NCBI GenBank assembly: GCA_030295235.1
Contig: AP026123.1
Location: forward strand, 1,240,001 to 1,304,000
Direction: 5' to 3'
Length of the DNA stretch: 64,000 bases
Source: Fistulifera solaris
Taxonomy: Eukaryota
Shown here: positions 49,554 to 59,123 of the stretch, one piece after another
Position numbering within the stretch: the stretch's first letter is position 1
Layout of the letters: the number at the start of each line of letters is the position of its first letter
The notes under the pieces: generated by a model
Seen by the model: the letters and a program-made list of their open reading frames with translations, nothing else
What the model was told of the DNA's origin: nothing
Databases searched by the model: none
Made by a program: the position numbers and the translations under genes

Positions 49554-52500
49554 GTGGCTGTGAGTGCGAAGAGAAAAGAGCCGGATGGCAGCGACGAGAC
49601 TCGATCAGAGAAGCAAGAATTACAAATTGTCGCTTCTGATATGAATTGCTCCGATACATGTGCTAGAAATAGTGATCATAATGAAATTGATGACGGCGAT
49701 TCGTCCACAGACGGTTGTCTGCACTGTCGAAAGGTAGCGGAGGATGGCGACGTGCAAGTCAGATGCTATGATTGCTGCAGATACATATGCAGCGAGTGCC
49801 ACTGGTGTCATGAATTTCAAGCAAATCATGAAATTCGAGTTTGTGATCGCTGCGATGCATTTTATTGTCGACATTGCGATGAGATGGATCAGTGCGATGA
49901 TTGTGGGGAAGTTGTTTGCGCGTCTTGCAGTACTCTTTTGTCTTGCAAGTTTTGCGGTGGGGGCTTTGTGAAGAGTGTGCTACTGCTTGCGGTCGGTAAG
50001 TGTAGAGTTCGTCTACGAGTTTGCGATTCGTGGATTGAATTTCACTCATCTTGCTCTTTTAGCTGCGGGATTGTGTTGTGCAATCGCGATGCGAAATTTG
50101 CTGTAGACTGTGACACTTGTCGATTATCCTACTGCTTGGTTTGCTTGGCTAGTGGCGGGAAGGATCCTTGCGTGCGTTGCGGGCACAGACCATCGAAACG
50201 TATGGAGCAGTTAGTACATCTTCGTCTCAAAAGTATTTACAAAGCATTTAAACAGAGCAGCTCGAGTCCTGCGCTGTCGACCTCCGCTGTAAGCGTAACT
50301 GGCCATCATGGAGCCACAATATCCACTGTGGAAAAGCATATTTCGAGAGCAAGAGGTCAAAAATCGAAAAGCTGGCGCGATAGAGGTTTTCCCAGTGATT
50401 TGCAGAATGCACCGTGGGATGATGATGACGGGGATTTTGTTCATGACTGCCCGGTGATACCGCCCGCGACTGATCGTAACCCTTTTTTAGATGCCGAGGA
50501 GAGCGTTGATAGACTGTATAGATACAAGGAAGAGCAGGAGAAAGCTGATGCAGCAGCGGCTGCTTTGTTAGCTGAACTGGAGGAGGAAGAAGAAGCTGCA
50601 AAGTCCAGAAAGAAGAAAAAGAATAAGAAAAAGCAACGTCCAGTCACAGGTCAAGATCATGAAGGAAGCGATTTTCAACAAGACTCGAACAATCAGAGTT
50701 TGAAAAAGGCTGGCACGCTAAGTACTCGCGACTATGAAAAGCGACCACATGACGCGACGAAGTCAGATACACAGTTTCCTGATGATGGTTCACGGAACGA
50801 AGAGTCGGCTGTACATGAAACTAAGACCCGAGGACAGGATGATATGCCTTTGAAAGATACGGCTGATAATTTGGAAAACGAATTGTGGAATTTAGTCGAG
50901 AAATCAGATGTGGATGGCATCAAACAACTTTTGCTGTCGATCAAAGGTGTTCCTGGGCGTGCTTTGCTTCGTAAGAATGCGAAAAAAGCGTTGAAGCGTA
51001 TTCGAATGGAACAAGAGGCGGAATTGGATGATGGGACGGACGAAGAGCAGGACGCTGGAGCTGTTGAAGACGGCGCGCTTTCCGTGGGAGATTTTGTTGC
51101 CAGTACACTCGAGTCTTCCAGGGAACTTCTAAGCGTAGTGTCCGAGACGCAAGTAAAATCCACCGCCACTACTTTAGGCGCTTCGCGCGGCCGGCCAGTA
51201 CAGGCCGGCCAGTCATCTGGCAAATGTGAATGTGTTCTTAGTATGTCTCCTCTCATTGTTGGCTGGGTAATTGGCAAAGGAGGTCAGCGTATTCGCGATC
51301 TAATGGAAGAGAGTGGTGCACGAATCTGGATTGATCAAGAAAGTGTCGGTCCATCAGAATATCGTCTTGTATACGTTAGTGGGCAACGGAAGAATGTTGA
51401 CGATGCTGTCCATCTAATCAAAGATTTAGTCAGCAAAGCTCCCGTAAGCTCTGCTCAAACCAGGCATAGTGTACCTTCGGGTGACAATCAGGCTGTGGAT
51501 CCTTCAGCTCCTATACCAAAAAACGACAAGAGCCCCACGAAAGGGCTACCATTAAAGTCTACTGAGAGCGATGTCAAGTTTGAGCCGTCGACAGAAATAG
51601 GCGCGGATCTTTCAAAGCTACAACCTGACGACGTATCTTCGACAAGGCGCGTTCTAACATGTGATCCAAGATATGTTCCTTTACTGATAGGAAGACGTGG
51701 ATGGGAGATTAAATCTATTCAAGATAGAAGCAACGCGCAGGTTGATATTGATCAAACCGTCACCCCAAGGCGTATTACGATATCAGGGACAAAAGAAAGT
51801 GTTGCGAAAGCTGTTGAGCTGGTGCAGGATGTCTTAAGCTACCCTACATCACAACTACAAGGACCTAATAACGAAATGGTGCGAATTGAGCAAGTTGAGA
51901 GTGTGGCTTCACGGCAACTTCAACAATCGTACGCGGAGCGCGTTGTCGCTGTAGAAGACGGCAAGCGAAATTTTCAAATGCCAGTGGGTCAGGAGACACC
52001 GTCATGGCCAAGCAATATCAATTTGACCAATCAGAAGGCAGTTTCTCCTTCTCAAACTGATGCAATGCCGTCGTTAGGTATTTTAAAGAACGAGCCACGG
52101 ACGTCCCCTCCATCCTCCTTGATAATGAATACTGATGCAAGGAGTACTGTCTCGGTCTCTTCATCGCTGTCATCGACTCCAGAGCCCACGATGTCAACGG
52201 TCAAAAGTCCTTATGCGCAAAGTTTCCCGCTGCCGTCGAGTATGCTCCCGCCCATGAATAGCCAGATTGGTATAGGCGGCAGCGAGTTGAAAATTGGTGA
52301 AGTGAACCGTGTCAGCCATGCACAACCCGATACTTTGCACCCTTACCACGCTTTTCCACCGTCAGCCCTTTCACCTCGAGTTGCGCACTTCAATCAAAAT
52401 GTAAACCAGCAGAGCGCTATATTTGAGCAGAGACATCAAATGGGTTTAGCAGCTGAGGTAAACAACCCTCTGTCATTGTTTCAACTGGAACCACGACACG

Positions 52501-53090
52501 GCATGAACCATCATCTGCATACTGGGCTCCATTCTTCAGAGGCTCCGAGCTTTCCTTCGCACAATCACAACGGCCTACATTCTCAGGGTCTTTTCGATCA
52601 AACAGGCATTCATGGTCACCAACAAGAATTAGGGCGTTTCGAGACAGGTGCGTTGCCGAACGCGGGTCTGTGGGAGCGTCCTGTTGGAGCGCCAAATCAT
52701 GTCCCTCAGGCAGCTTCGGATCCTGTCGCAGGTTTCCAACTTGATGCAGCGGTCGACTTCCTGCAAAACTCAAACATGCAATACGGCAGTAGAGCAGCAG
52801 TCGGTCCGCCTTCTGCACATTCCCTTCTAGGTGCGCCTAGTGCACCTGCTAAGGATGATTCGAGAATCATCGACAGCCTTTTCGCCAGTTCTGGGGAACC
52901 AGATTCTTCTTTACTTCACGGCTTTGATGGTCTCTCCATGAACAACGATGCTTCAAATTCGATGTTTGGGCTGTTTGCGACAGGCGACGCAGGAAATGGC
53001 GCTCCGACCCCACGTCAAGCTTTCAATGACAGACATCCTTCCACACAGATTCCGGAAACATTCCCTGCTGGCTTTGCTTGGGAGGGATAA
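49554..53090 (+). CDS. KH-domain RNA-binding protein with N-terminal Cys-rich zinc-binding region; intron 49996-50062 plus frameshift at G run 49959-49963; start uncertain
   Basis: Two KH motifs (VGWVIGKGGQRIRDLMEESGARI; LLIGRRGWEIKSIQDRSNAQVDI); many CxxC pairs; coiled coil AAAAALLAELEEEEE followed by a K-rich stretch. Confidence 0.85.
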   Translation: MAVSAKRKEPDGSDETRSEKQELQIVASDMNCSDTCARNSDHNEIDDGDSSTDGCLHCRKVAEDGDVQVRCYDCCRYICSECHWCHEFQANHEIRVCDRCDAFYCRHCDEMDQCDDCGEVVCASCSTLLSCKFCGGGFVKSVLLLAVGKCRVRLRVCDSWIEFHSSCSFSCGIVLCNRDAKFAVDCDTCRLSYCLVCLASGGKDPCVRCGHRPSKRMEQLVHLRLKSIYKAFKQSSSSPALSTSAVSVTGHHGATISTVEKHISRARGQKSKSWRDRGFPSDLQNAPWDDDDGDFVHDCPVIPPATDRNPFLDAEESVDRLYRYKEEQEKADAAAAALLAELEEEEEAAKSRKKKKNKKKQRPVTGQDHEGSDFQQDSNNQSLKKAGTLSTRDYEKRPHDATKSDTQFPDDGSRNEESAVHETKTRGQDDMPLKDTADNLENELWNLVEKSDVDGIKQLLLSIKGVPGRALLRKNAKKALKRIRMEQEAELDDGTDEEQDAGAVEDGALSVGDFVASTLESSRELLSVVSETQVKSTATTLGASRGRPVQAGQSSGKCECVLSMSPLIVGWVIGKGGQRIRDLMEESGARIWIDQESVGPSEYRLVYVSGQRKNVDDAVHLIKDLVSKAPVSSAQTRHSVPSGDNQAVDPSAPIPKNDKSPTKGLPLKSTESDVKFEPSTEIGADLSKLQPDDVSSTRRVLTCDPRYVPLLIGRRGWEIKSIQDRSNAQVDIDQTVTPRRITISGTKESVAKAVELVQDVLSYPTSQLQGPNNEMVRIEQVESVASRQLQQSYAERVVAVEDGKRNFQMPVGQETPSWPSNINLTNQKAVSPSQTDAMPSLGILKNEPRTSPPSSLIMNTDARSTVSVSSSLSSTPEPTMSTVKSPYAQSFPLPSSMLPPMNSQIGIGGSELKIGEVNRVSHAQPDTLHPYHAFPPSALSPRVAHFNQNVNQQSAIFEQRHQMGLAAEVNNPLSLFQLEPRHGMNHHLHTGLHSSEAPSFPSHNHNGLHSQGLFDQTGIHGHQQELGRFETGALPNAGLWERPVGAPNHVPQAASDPVAGFQLDAAVDFLQNSNMQYGSRAAVGPPSAHSLLGAPSAPAKDDSRIIDSLFASSGEPDSSLLHGFDGLSMNNDASNSMFGLFATGDAGNGAPTPRQAFNDRHPSTQIPETFPAGFAWEG

Positions 53091-53586
53091 TCAGCTGCTG
53101 TTCATTATTTGTTTTATTGACACCGTGCCTCTCCGGCATTCTCACTACTCACTAGTCGGTCCATGATACCGAAGGTCTTTACATCATTATGTCCTCTTTA
53201 CTGCGAGGGAGGATTTTGTTTTAAACCAAGTAACGCGGCTTTCTTATTTCTTCCGTACGCTGTGTATCATATCGCTATCTATGTTTGATGTGGTCCACAA
53301 AGGCGGAGGGAACGCTTGTTTGTTTTGCGAAAAATACATTTATGTTCGTCGGCTTTGAAGCTTTCTGGCTATCGTTTCCTTTTGTTGCCCGAAAAAGCAC
53401 CGTCGTCATGTGACAGATTTTCTTTTGTATAGCGGGTTATAATATATTATTAAACTGCACATCTAACCTTGGTAGGACGATGAGATAAGTCTCTATTTCA
53501 AATACAAGCATACAATGAGAAGGTATAAAATCGGAAGTTCGAAACGTCCAGATCTTCCTTGGGAAGATAGGTTCCATTTACTTTCA

Positions 53587-53943
53587 TCAATTGAAGGACT
53601 CAATCGAACTTCCACTAGTAGAGAATCCTGAAGCGTTACTGGAGTTGATAGAGAGCCGCAGAAGCATCTCACGAAGGCGCTCAGTTTCGTTTCCGGGCTT
53701 TTCAGCAGCCTGTAATAAGAGACGACGCTTTTCTCGGTGCAGCCGTCGCGTCAGGTGCCCAATGCTTTCGTCACGCTTCACCTCAGACTTTGTCGTCAAC
53801 GAAGACTGGGTCTGCATGCTTGGCATCAAGGGTGCATTTTCTGGGAAGAACCCTTGTAGCGACGAGCTTTCTCTGCGCCGAGAGCGCGGAGTTGTCCGTC
53901 GAGCAAAATCGGGCGTCGTTGGATCAGGGAATGGGCTTGACAT
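53587..53943 (-). CDS. Hypothetical small basic/Ser-rich protein
   Basis: 118-aa ATG-initiated ORF in an otherwise AT-richer intergenic context. Confidence 0.5.
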   Translation of the reverse strand: MSSPFPDPTTPDFARRTTPRSRRRESSSLQGFFPENAPLMPSMQTQSSLTTKSEVKRDESIGHLTRRLHREKRRLLLQAAEKPGNETERLREMLLRLSINSSNASGFSTSGSSIESFN

Positions 53944-54381
53944 GGTGATCTAGGAAATCAGATAGAAGCAATGTGGAAAATTCCGCAATAATGAGGTGAG
54001 GAGTTAGTACGAAAAAGAGAGAGAAGAAGATTTTTTTTTGTTGATGTCAAAAGTGTCAATCAAAACTTCCGTTGTTTAACTGTCCAGTATACTGTGTAGG
54101 GTATCTGTTTCACAGTAAATCGGTTAGTAGGCAGTTATGTCGTACGGTTATCAGGTACGACATAAGCACGAAGCATGAGCTAGAGACCTCTAGTTCCCTA
54201 GCGACCTAGCAAAACACGCTGGTATAAGAGTTAACGGCGTGCATAACGGAGAATTTTTCGCTTGGTAGAATTGAATAATTTTCACACGATATTAATTGAA
54301 TTCGTTGGACGTACTGTGACATGTTCTCGAGCTAAAAATTATACTAATCAAAAGTTAACCTAAAAGAATACCAGAACTCAC

Positions 54382-55782
54382 CTAAAGACGCGGATCAAAC
54401 GGCACTGCTCCTCCCTCGGTCGACATACACACATTTTGAACAACTTTCACGCCAGCGGCAAGCGCCTCAAGCGTCTTCGGTGGGCGTACATCCTGGTCAA
54501 AAATCGCCAAAGGAATAGCCAGGGTGGCCACGGCGTTCGGGACGTCGACAATTCCCGAAATTCTGCCTTCGCAAGGAATGCAGCTCAGCATGAGATAGAC
54601 CTGCTCTTCTGTATATCCAAATTGAGAAAGATACTTGATGCAGTTGAGCACGGCGCGTTTGTAAGCGATCGTGGCATCCAAGTAGTGCTGAACTCCTTTC
54701 TCATCGACCGACACGCCCTCGAAGACCAACCACTCTGAATACCGCGGTTCGAGCGGTCCGATTTCAAAAATCGGATTAACCGACAAAGGCGAAGGCCCGA
54801 CGACAGGTAACATTTTCATTCCTCCCTTGATAATGGAGCATTTGAGCTCCAAGAAACCAGACATTTCAATAGCACCACAGAAACTAACTTCTCCGTCTCC
54901 TTGAGAGAAATGCATATCACCCATGGAAAGAAGGGCACCGGGACAGAAAACTGGGAAATAGACCTTGCAACCCCTGCTCAGATTCTTAATGTCACAGTTG
55001 CCACCATTTTCTCGGCCGGGTACTGTCCGCGCCGCTTCGTTGGCGATTGCCAGCCATTCACTATCTTCCTGCTTATCCTTGAAGTGGCCAAGTTTCCCCA
55101 GCATAGCTCCCTTGGCTTCGGGTAGACAAGCCAACGGACGCGTGTGCAAGCAACCGCAAAGCGTTTTCTCCTTGTCGGTTCCTTCCTCTGCTACAAGGGT
55201 AGCTTCTCTCTCGTTCCACAATTTGAGTAGCTCGGCGGAAGGGGCCGTTCCGATCAAACCAGGATGAATCAAGCTGAAGAAAACACTCAATAAGCGCACG
55301 CAGTCAATTGTTTTTACGCAAACAGCCCGTCACTTACCCTGCAAATCGAACACCGGGAATGTGACGAGAAGAACAGTAAATTCCTTCCAAATCCCAGCAG
55401 GCTTTGCTAGCGCAAGGAAAGTGATCCGTCAAAAAGCCTCCGCCGTTTTCTTTGGCGAAGGATCCGGTAAAGCCCCATTCATCGCCGTCCAAAGTACCCA
55501 GATTGAGAAATTCGACCTTCAACAAGTCGCCGGGTTCAGCTCCTTCGACCGTGATGGGTCCACTGAGATAGTGAACCTGAGACAAGTCGACATTTTGACA
55601 TCGTCAGAATTGTCGTCATTCTTGATCTGTCCCCCCGTCCAGTCGACACACTCGACGCGAAAGACTTCTCCCTCCTTCACGGAGGCGACCGGCGGGATAT
55701 CCGGATGCCAGCGATTGTGCAGAGGAGTTTCCTGCTGCCACGGAAGCTTCTTGGGGTCTACGGAAATGATCGTTTTAACCAT
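54382..55782 (-). CDS. fmdA: Formamidase (FmdA/AmdA family); intron ~55273-55337, frameshift ~55590
   Basis: LHNRWHPDIP, VECVDWTGGQI, HYLSGPI, ENGGGFLTDHFP, IHPGLIGTAPS, GRENGGNCDIKNL, GDMHFSQGDGE, SGIVDVPNA. Confidence 0.95.
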
Positions 55783-56351
55783 GTTGATCTTGTTGACGAG
55801 GGCAGGACGCTGTTCGGGTTACTTGTGGTAAAAAAGTGAGATTAAACAATGAGAATGTGGATCATCGCATGTTGTGCGTGTGTGTTCTTTGTGTTGCGTC
55901 GATCGTTGCGGTTCATTTTTGTTTCGGAACAACAAAATTCCTCCTCGGTATCCGGCGGAAGATATGAGTACCGGTTTCACTGTTCATCCCCAGAGTCACG
56001 CCATATAGGTAGACCAGTAATTGACAGTTAAATTTGAAATGTAATTAAAGACCACTTGCAAACACTACACATTGAACGGAAACGACTTGCAATAAACTAA
56101 CTCTAAAACATATAGTTTATAAGCACCGGTTATTGAATGCTAGGCACGAAAACTGTTCACGTTCAAAGGCAAAAAGGTGTTTGCGTGTTGAGTTGTTGAT
56201 ATTTATTTGTGATTTGACATGTTTGCAGTTTACGCTATTGTCAAGCTTTCATGATAATACCCCCGAAAACAGTCCGCGCATTCATATGAAGATTCTAAGG
56301 AACTTACCGAGGACCAAGAAATTGGAAGGTATCTTCGACGTACAAAGGAAA

Positions 56352-57341
56352 ATGAATCCTTCTTTTCTATCGCTCTTGGTTCTAGCAACATCGTCTCTGG
56401 CGTTCTTCGCTTTGAACGTATATCAACTGAGTGCTTGGAATGCTTCATCTCGGGCGATAAGATCATCACAACAAGTAGAAACGAGTAGGATCATTCATCA
56501 TGTGCCGATCCAAATGCGGAGAAAAACACGGGGCAGACTCGTTCAACCCGGAGATTTCATTTATTACAAAGATGACAGACGATGGGATTCGGCGCCCATT
56601 GTCATCGAATCCCATAAATTGGTCTTTTTTACCATTCCCAAGGTCGGCTGCACGGTTTGGAAACAACTATTTCGTCGCATGGAAGGATATTCCGATTGGC
56701 AGGATCAAGACGGAGAGCGTCTGTTGCCGCACAACCCGAACGAAAATGGTTTGAAGTATCTGTACGATTATCCCATTGATAAGGCTAATGAAATCATGAC
56801 CAGTCCCAAGTGGACCAAGGCAATGATGGTGCGCGAACCGAAGCAGCGATTTCTGAGTGCCTTTCTCGATAAAGCAGTCAGCAACGATCACGCTCACATT
56901 ATGGGCAAATGCTGTCAGTTTATGGAAGATCCCCAGCAATGCGTTGATTCGGCGCAAACAGCGTCTGGATTTTTGAATTTGATTAAAACGTGTGAGGATG
57001 ATCATTGGAGAGCTCAGAACGATCGAGTGGACTACAAATATTGGCCTTACATTGACATGGTGTTGCATGTCGAGAAGGCGGAGGAGGATGCGAAAAGACT
57101 GTTACAGAAAATCGGAGCATGGGATGAGTTTGGTCAAACTGGATGGTCTAAAGATCATCAGAGTCCTATATTTGGCAACGCTGCTAAAAGTGCCGGCGAT
57201 CACGCAACCTGGTCGCAGTGGCAGGTATGGAAATGGTACACGCCCGAGGTGGAACGTCAAGTGGAAGCGTTTTACCGAGCGGATTACGAAAATCCGCTCT
57301 TCAATTTCACCACATACGAGTGCTTCACCTGTGTTAAATAA
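56352..57341 (+). CDS. Carbohydrate sulfotransferase (Sulfotransfer_2 family), paralog of 37423-38586
   Basis: Signal anchor, FFTIPKVGCTVWK, VREPKQRFLSAFLDK, DHWRAQ. Confidence 0.9.
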   Translation: MNPSFLSLLVLATSSLAFFALNVYQLSAWNASSRAIRSSQQVETSRIIHHVPIQMRRKTRGRLVQPGDFIYYKDDRRWDSAPIVIESHKLVFFTIPKVGCTVWKQLFRRMEGYSDWQDQDGERLLPHNPNENGLKYLYDYPIDKANEIMTSPKWTKAMMVREPKQRFLSAFLDKAVSNDHAHIMGKCCQFMEDPQQCVDSAQTASGFLNLIKTCEDDHWRAQNDRVDYKYWPYIDMVLHVEKAEEDAKRLLQKIGAWDEFGQTGWSKDHQSPIFGNAAKSAGDHATWSQWQVWKWYTPEVERQVEAFYRADYENPLFNFTTYECFTCVK

Positions 57342-57475
57342 TTAGTTAAAGTCATTTGTTGTTTCGATCAACTTCACATTCATTTGGTGAACCATGGGGG
57401 CTCTAGAAATTGTATACTTGTACTGGACAAGAACTACTGGTAACACGGAGAAAGTTAGCTCGTGTCAGTCTATCA

Positions 57476-57484
57476 ATATATATC
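57476..57484 (+). promoter_or_regulatory. TATA-like element upstream of the permuted tRNA gene
   Basis: ATATATATC about 20-25 nt upstream of the leader helix start (~57503). Confidence 0.4.
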
Positions 57485-57515
57485 TTTATGATCACTTTTT
57501 CAGCATCTCGTATCT

Positions 57516-57595
57516 TTCGAATGGTCACGTGTTCGACTCACGTTTGGCGCTTGTCCGAAGCGTCAATAGCTCAGTGGTAGAGCGTTCGATTGCAG
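57516..57595 (+). tRNA. tRNA-Cys(GCA): Circularly permuted tRNA-Cys(GCA): 3' half 57516-57551, spacer 57552-57559, 5' half 57560-57595
   Basis: 5' half: GCGTCAA TA GCTC AGTGGTA GAGC G TTCGA TTGCAG. 3' half: T TCGAA TGGTC ACGTG TTCGACT CACGT TTGGCGC T. All four stems pair, U73 discriminator is present, junction at 37/38. Confidence 0.93.
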
Positions 57596-57605
57596 GGCGA
57601 TGTCC

Positions 57606-57616
57606 TTTTGCTTTTT
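57606..57616 (+). terminator. Putative RNA polymerase III terminator
   Basis: TTTT-GC-TTTTT just after the tRNA trailer helix. Confidence 0.6.
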
Positions 57617-57758
57617 CGACGTGTTCAGTGCCAGTTGATGTCGCAAAGCTTCCTTTTAGGATTCCATAGACCGTTATACACGGATTGGCGATAGGCAAAA
57701 GTTATCATCTTCTCTTTTCGAAGTCGTCGGAAAATCCAAACAAAATGCTTTGACGACC

Positions 57759-59108
57759 ATGAGATTAAATCGACTTTTTCTTGTCAATCTTGTAGTCATT
57801 GTTGATTTGATCGCTTATTTCTACATCAAAGCTTCCTTTGGAGTCGGTGGTGAAGCTTTAGAAACAGCGCTTGTCAAAACGACTGAGGAGCAAACCGTGT
57901 CGTCGATAGAGTCAACAAACTTGGAAAGAGCCCATGAAAACGCCGTTCGCTCTAGTACCGGATCTGTGAGGAAATTCAAAGAACCATTGTTGCCTCATAA
58001 GGTCACCTATGCCCCGACGGGCGGGAAGCTTCCAGAGGACGGGTTTGACACGTACGACGAGACTGCATGGAATAAACTGGATAACGGAACATGTTTATTC
58101 GACGATGACGAAGAAGATCAAGCATTTGAATGGCAAAGGAACTCTCCGTACGCAATACTGTTAGGCACAATGAAAGGCGGGACACATGCATTGTCAGAAT
58201 ACTTGTGGCAGCATCCGCTGATAGCCGCACCCAAGAAAGTAGAGAAAAATGGCCATGAGCTCCATTTCTTCGACAGCCGCAGCTTTGAGAGAGGAAAAAT
58301 GGGAATTCCGAGAAAAGCCAATCAACTGTCTTACGCTATGAAAGTGCATAAAATGTACCCGGATTTCTTTTACACAAAAGAAAGTATGTATACGATTCAT
58401 GATTCACCACGATACCTGGTTTGGAGTGACCGAATTCCTGAAGCAATCATGTGTGTGACCCCTTGGTCGAAGCTAATCGCCGTTCTCAGGGATCCAGTCG
58501 AACGCGTGATATCGCACTATCGCTTTCAAGATCAAGGTAGGTCTCAAATCTCACGTTTCGTATGTAGTGTTCCGGAACGCATATTAACTCAACCGTTGCT
58601 AGCTCGATTTCGGAAAAACATACCTATGGTAGATTGGGAGACGTGGATACAGGATGACATTGAGCGGTTGAAACGAGCGGGAGTACTTCAAGATTGGAAT
58701 CGAGTAGATTTTGACGAATTTTCGGGCTCGGAAGCTGAACTGATTGCATGGAAGAAATATCTTCGGTCGCCTACCACCCAGATGATTGTTGGCCGTGGGC
58801 TTTACTCGCTGCAAATTGAGCATTATTTTGCGGCTATGGACAAAGTGGGGAAACCTCGGTCAGATTTATTGGTCATTCGGTCAGAGGAACTTCGAGACGA
58901 AACGCAGCTGGTCTACAATCGAGTTATTGACTTTCTTAGCCTTCCTCAACATGTCCTCGACGATACGGAAGCAAAACATGAGACTCAGAAGAGCTCTATT
59001 CCGATTCCAAGTGACTTGCGGAAACAGCTGGAAGAGTTATACAGGCCCTACAACCGGCGACTAAATGAACTTTTGGACTGGAACAACGTTTGGGATTACA
59101 ACAATTAA
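57759..59108 (+). CDS. Sulfotransferase (Sulfotransfer_1; heparan sulfate 3-O/N-sulfotransferase-like); in-frame intron ~58537-58602
   Basis: Signal anchor, ILLGTMKGGTHALSEYL.QHP, ELHFFD, SPRY, LRDPVERVISHY, RGLY, YRPYNRRL. Confidence 0.88.
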   Translation: MRLNRLFLVNLVVIVDLIAYFYIKASFGVGGEALETALVKTTEEQTVSSIESTNLERAHENAVRSSTGSVRKFKEPLLPHKVTYAPTGGKLPEDGFDTYDETAWNKLDNGTCLFDDDEEDQAFEWQRNSPYAILLGTMKGGTHALSEYLWQHPLIAAPKKVEKNGHELHFFDSRSFERGKMGIPRKANQLSYAMKVHKMYPDFFYTKESMYTIHDSPRYLVWSDRIPEAIMCVTPWSKLIAVLRDPVERVISHYRFQDQGRSQISRFVCSVPERILTQPLLARFRKNIPMVDWETWIQDDIERLKRAGVLQDWNRVDFDEFSGSEAELIAWKKYLRSPTTQMIVGRGLYSLQIEHYFAAMDKVGKPRSDLLVIRSEELRDETQLVYNRVIDFLSLPQHVLDDTEAKHETQKSSIPIPSDLRKQLEELYRPYNRRLNELLDWNNVWDYNN

Positions 59109-59123
59109 TGGGAAATATTGATT

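Noticed and set aside
57560..57700. Truncated tRNA pseudogene or ordinary intron-containing tRNA-Cys
   Set aside because: No 3' half exists downstream; a perfectly complementary 3' half lies immediately upstream, so the gene is permuted.
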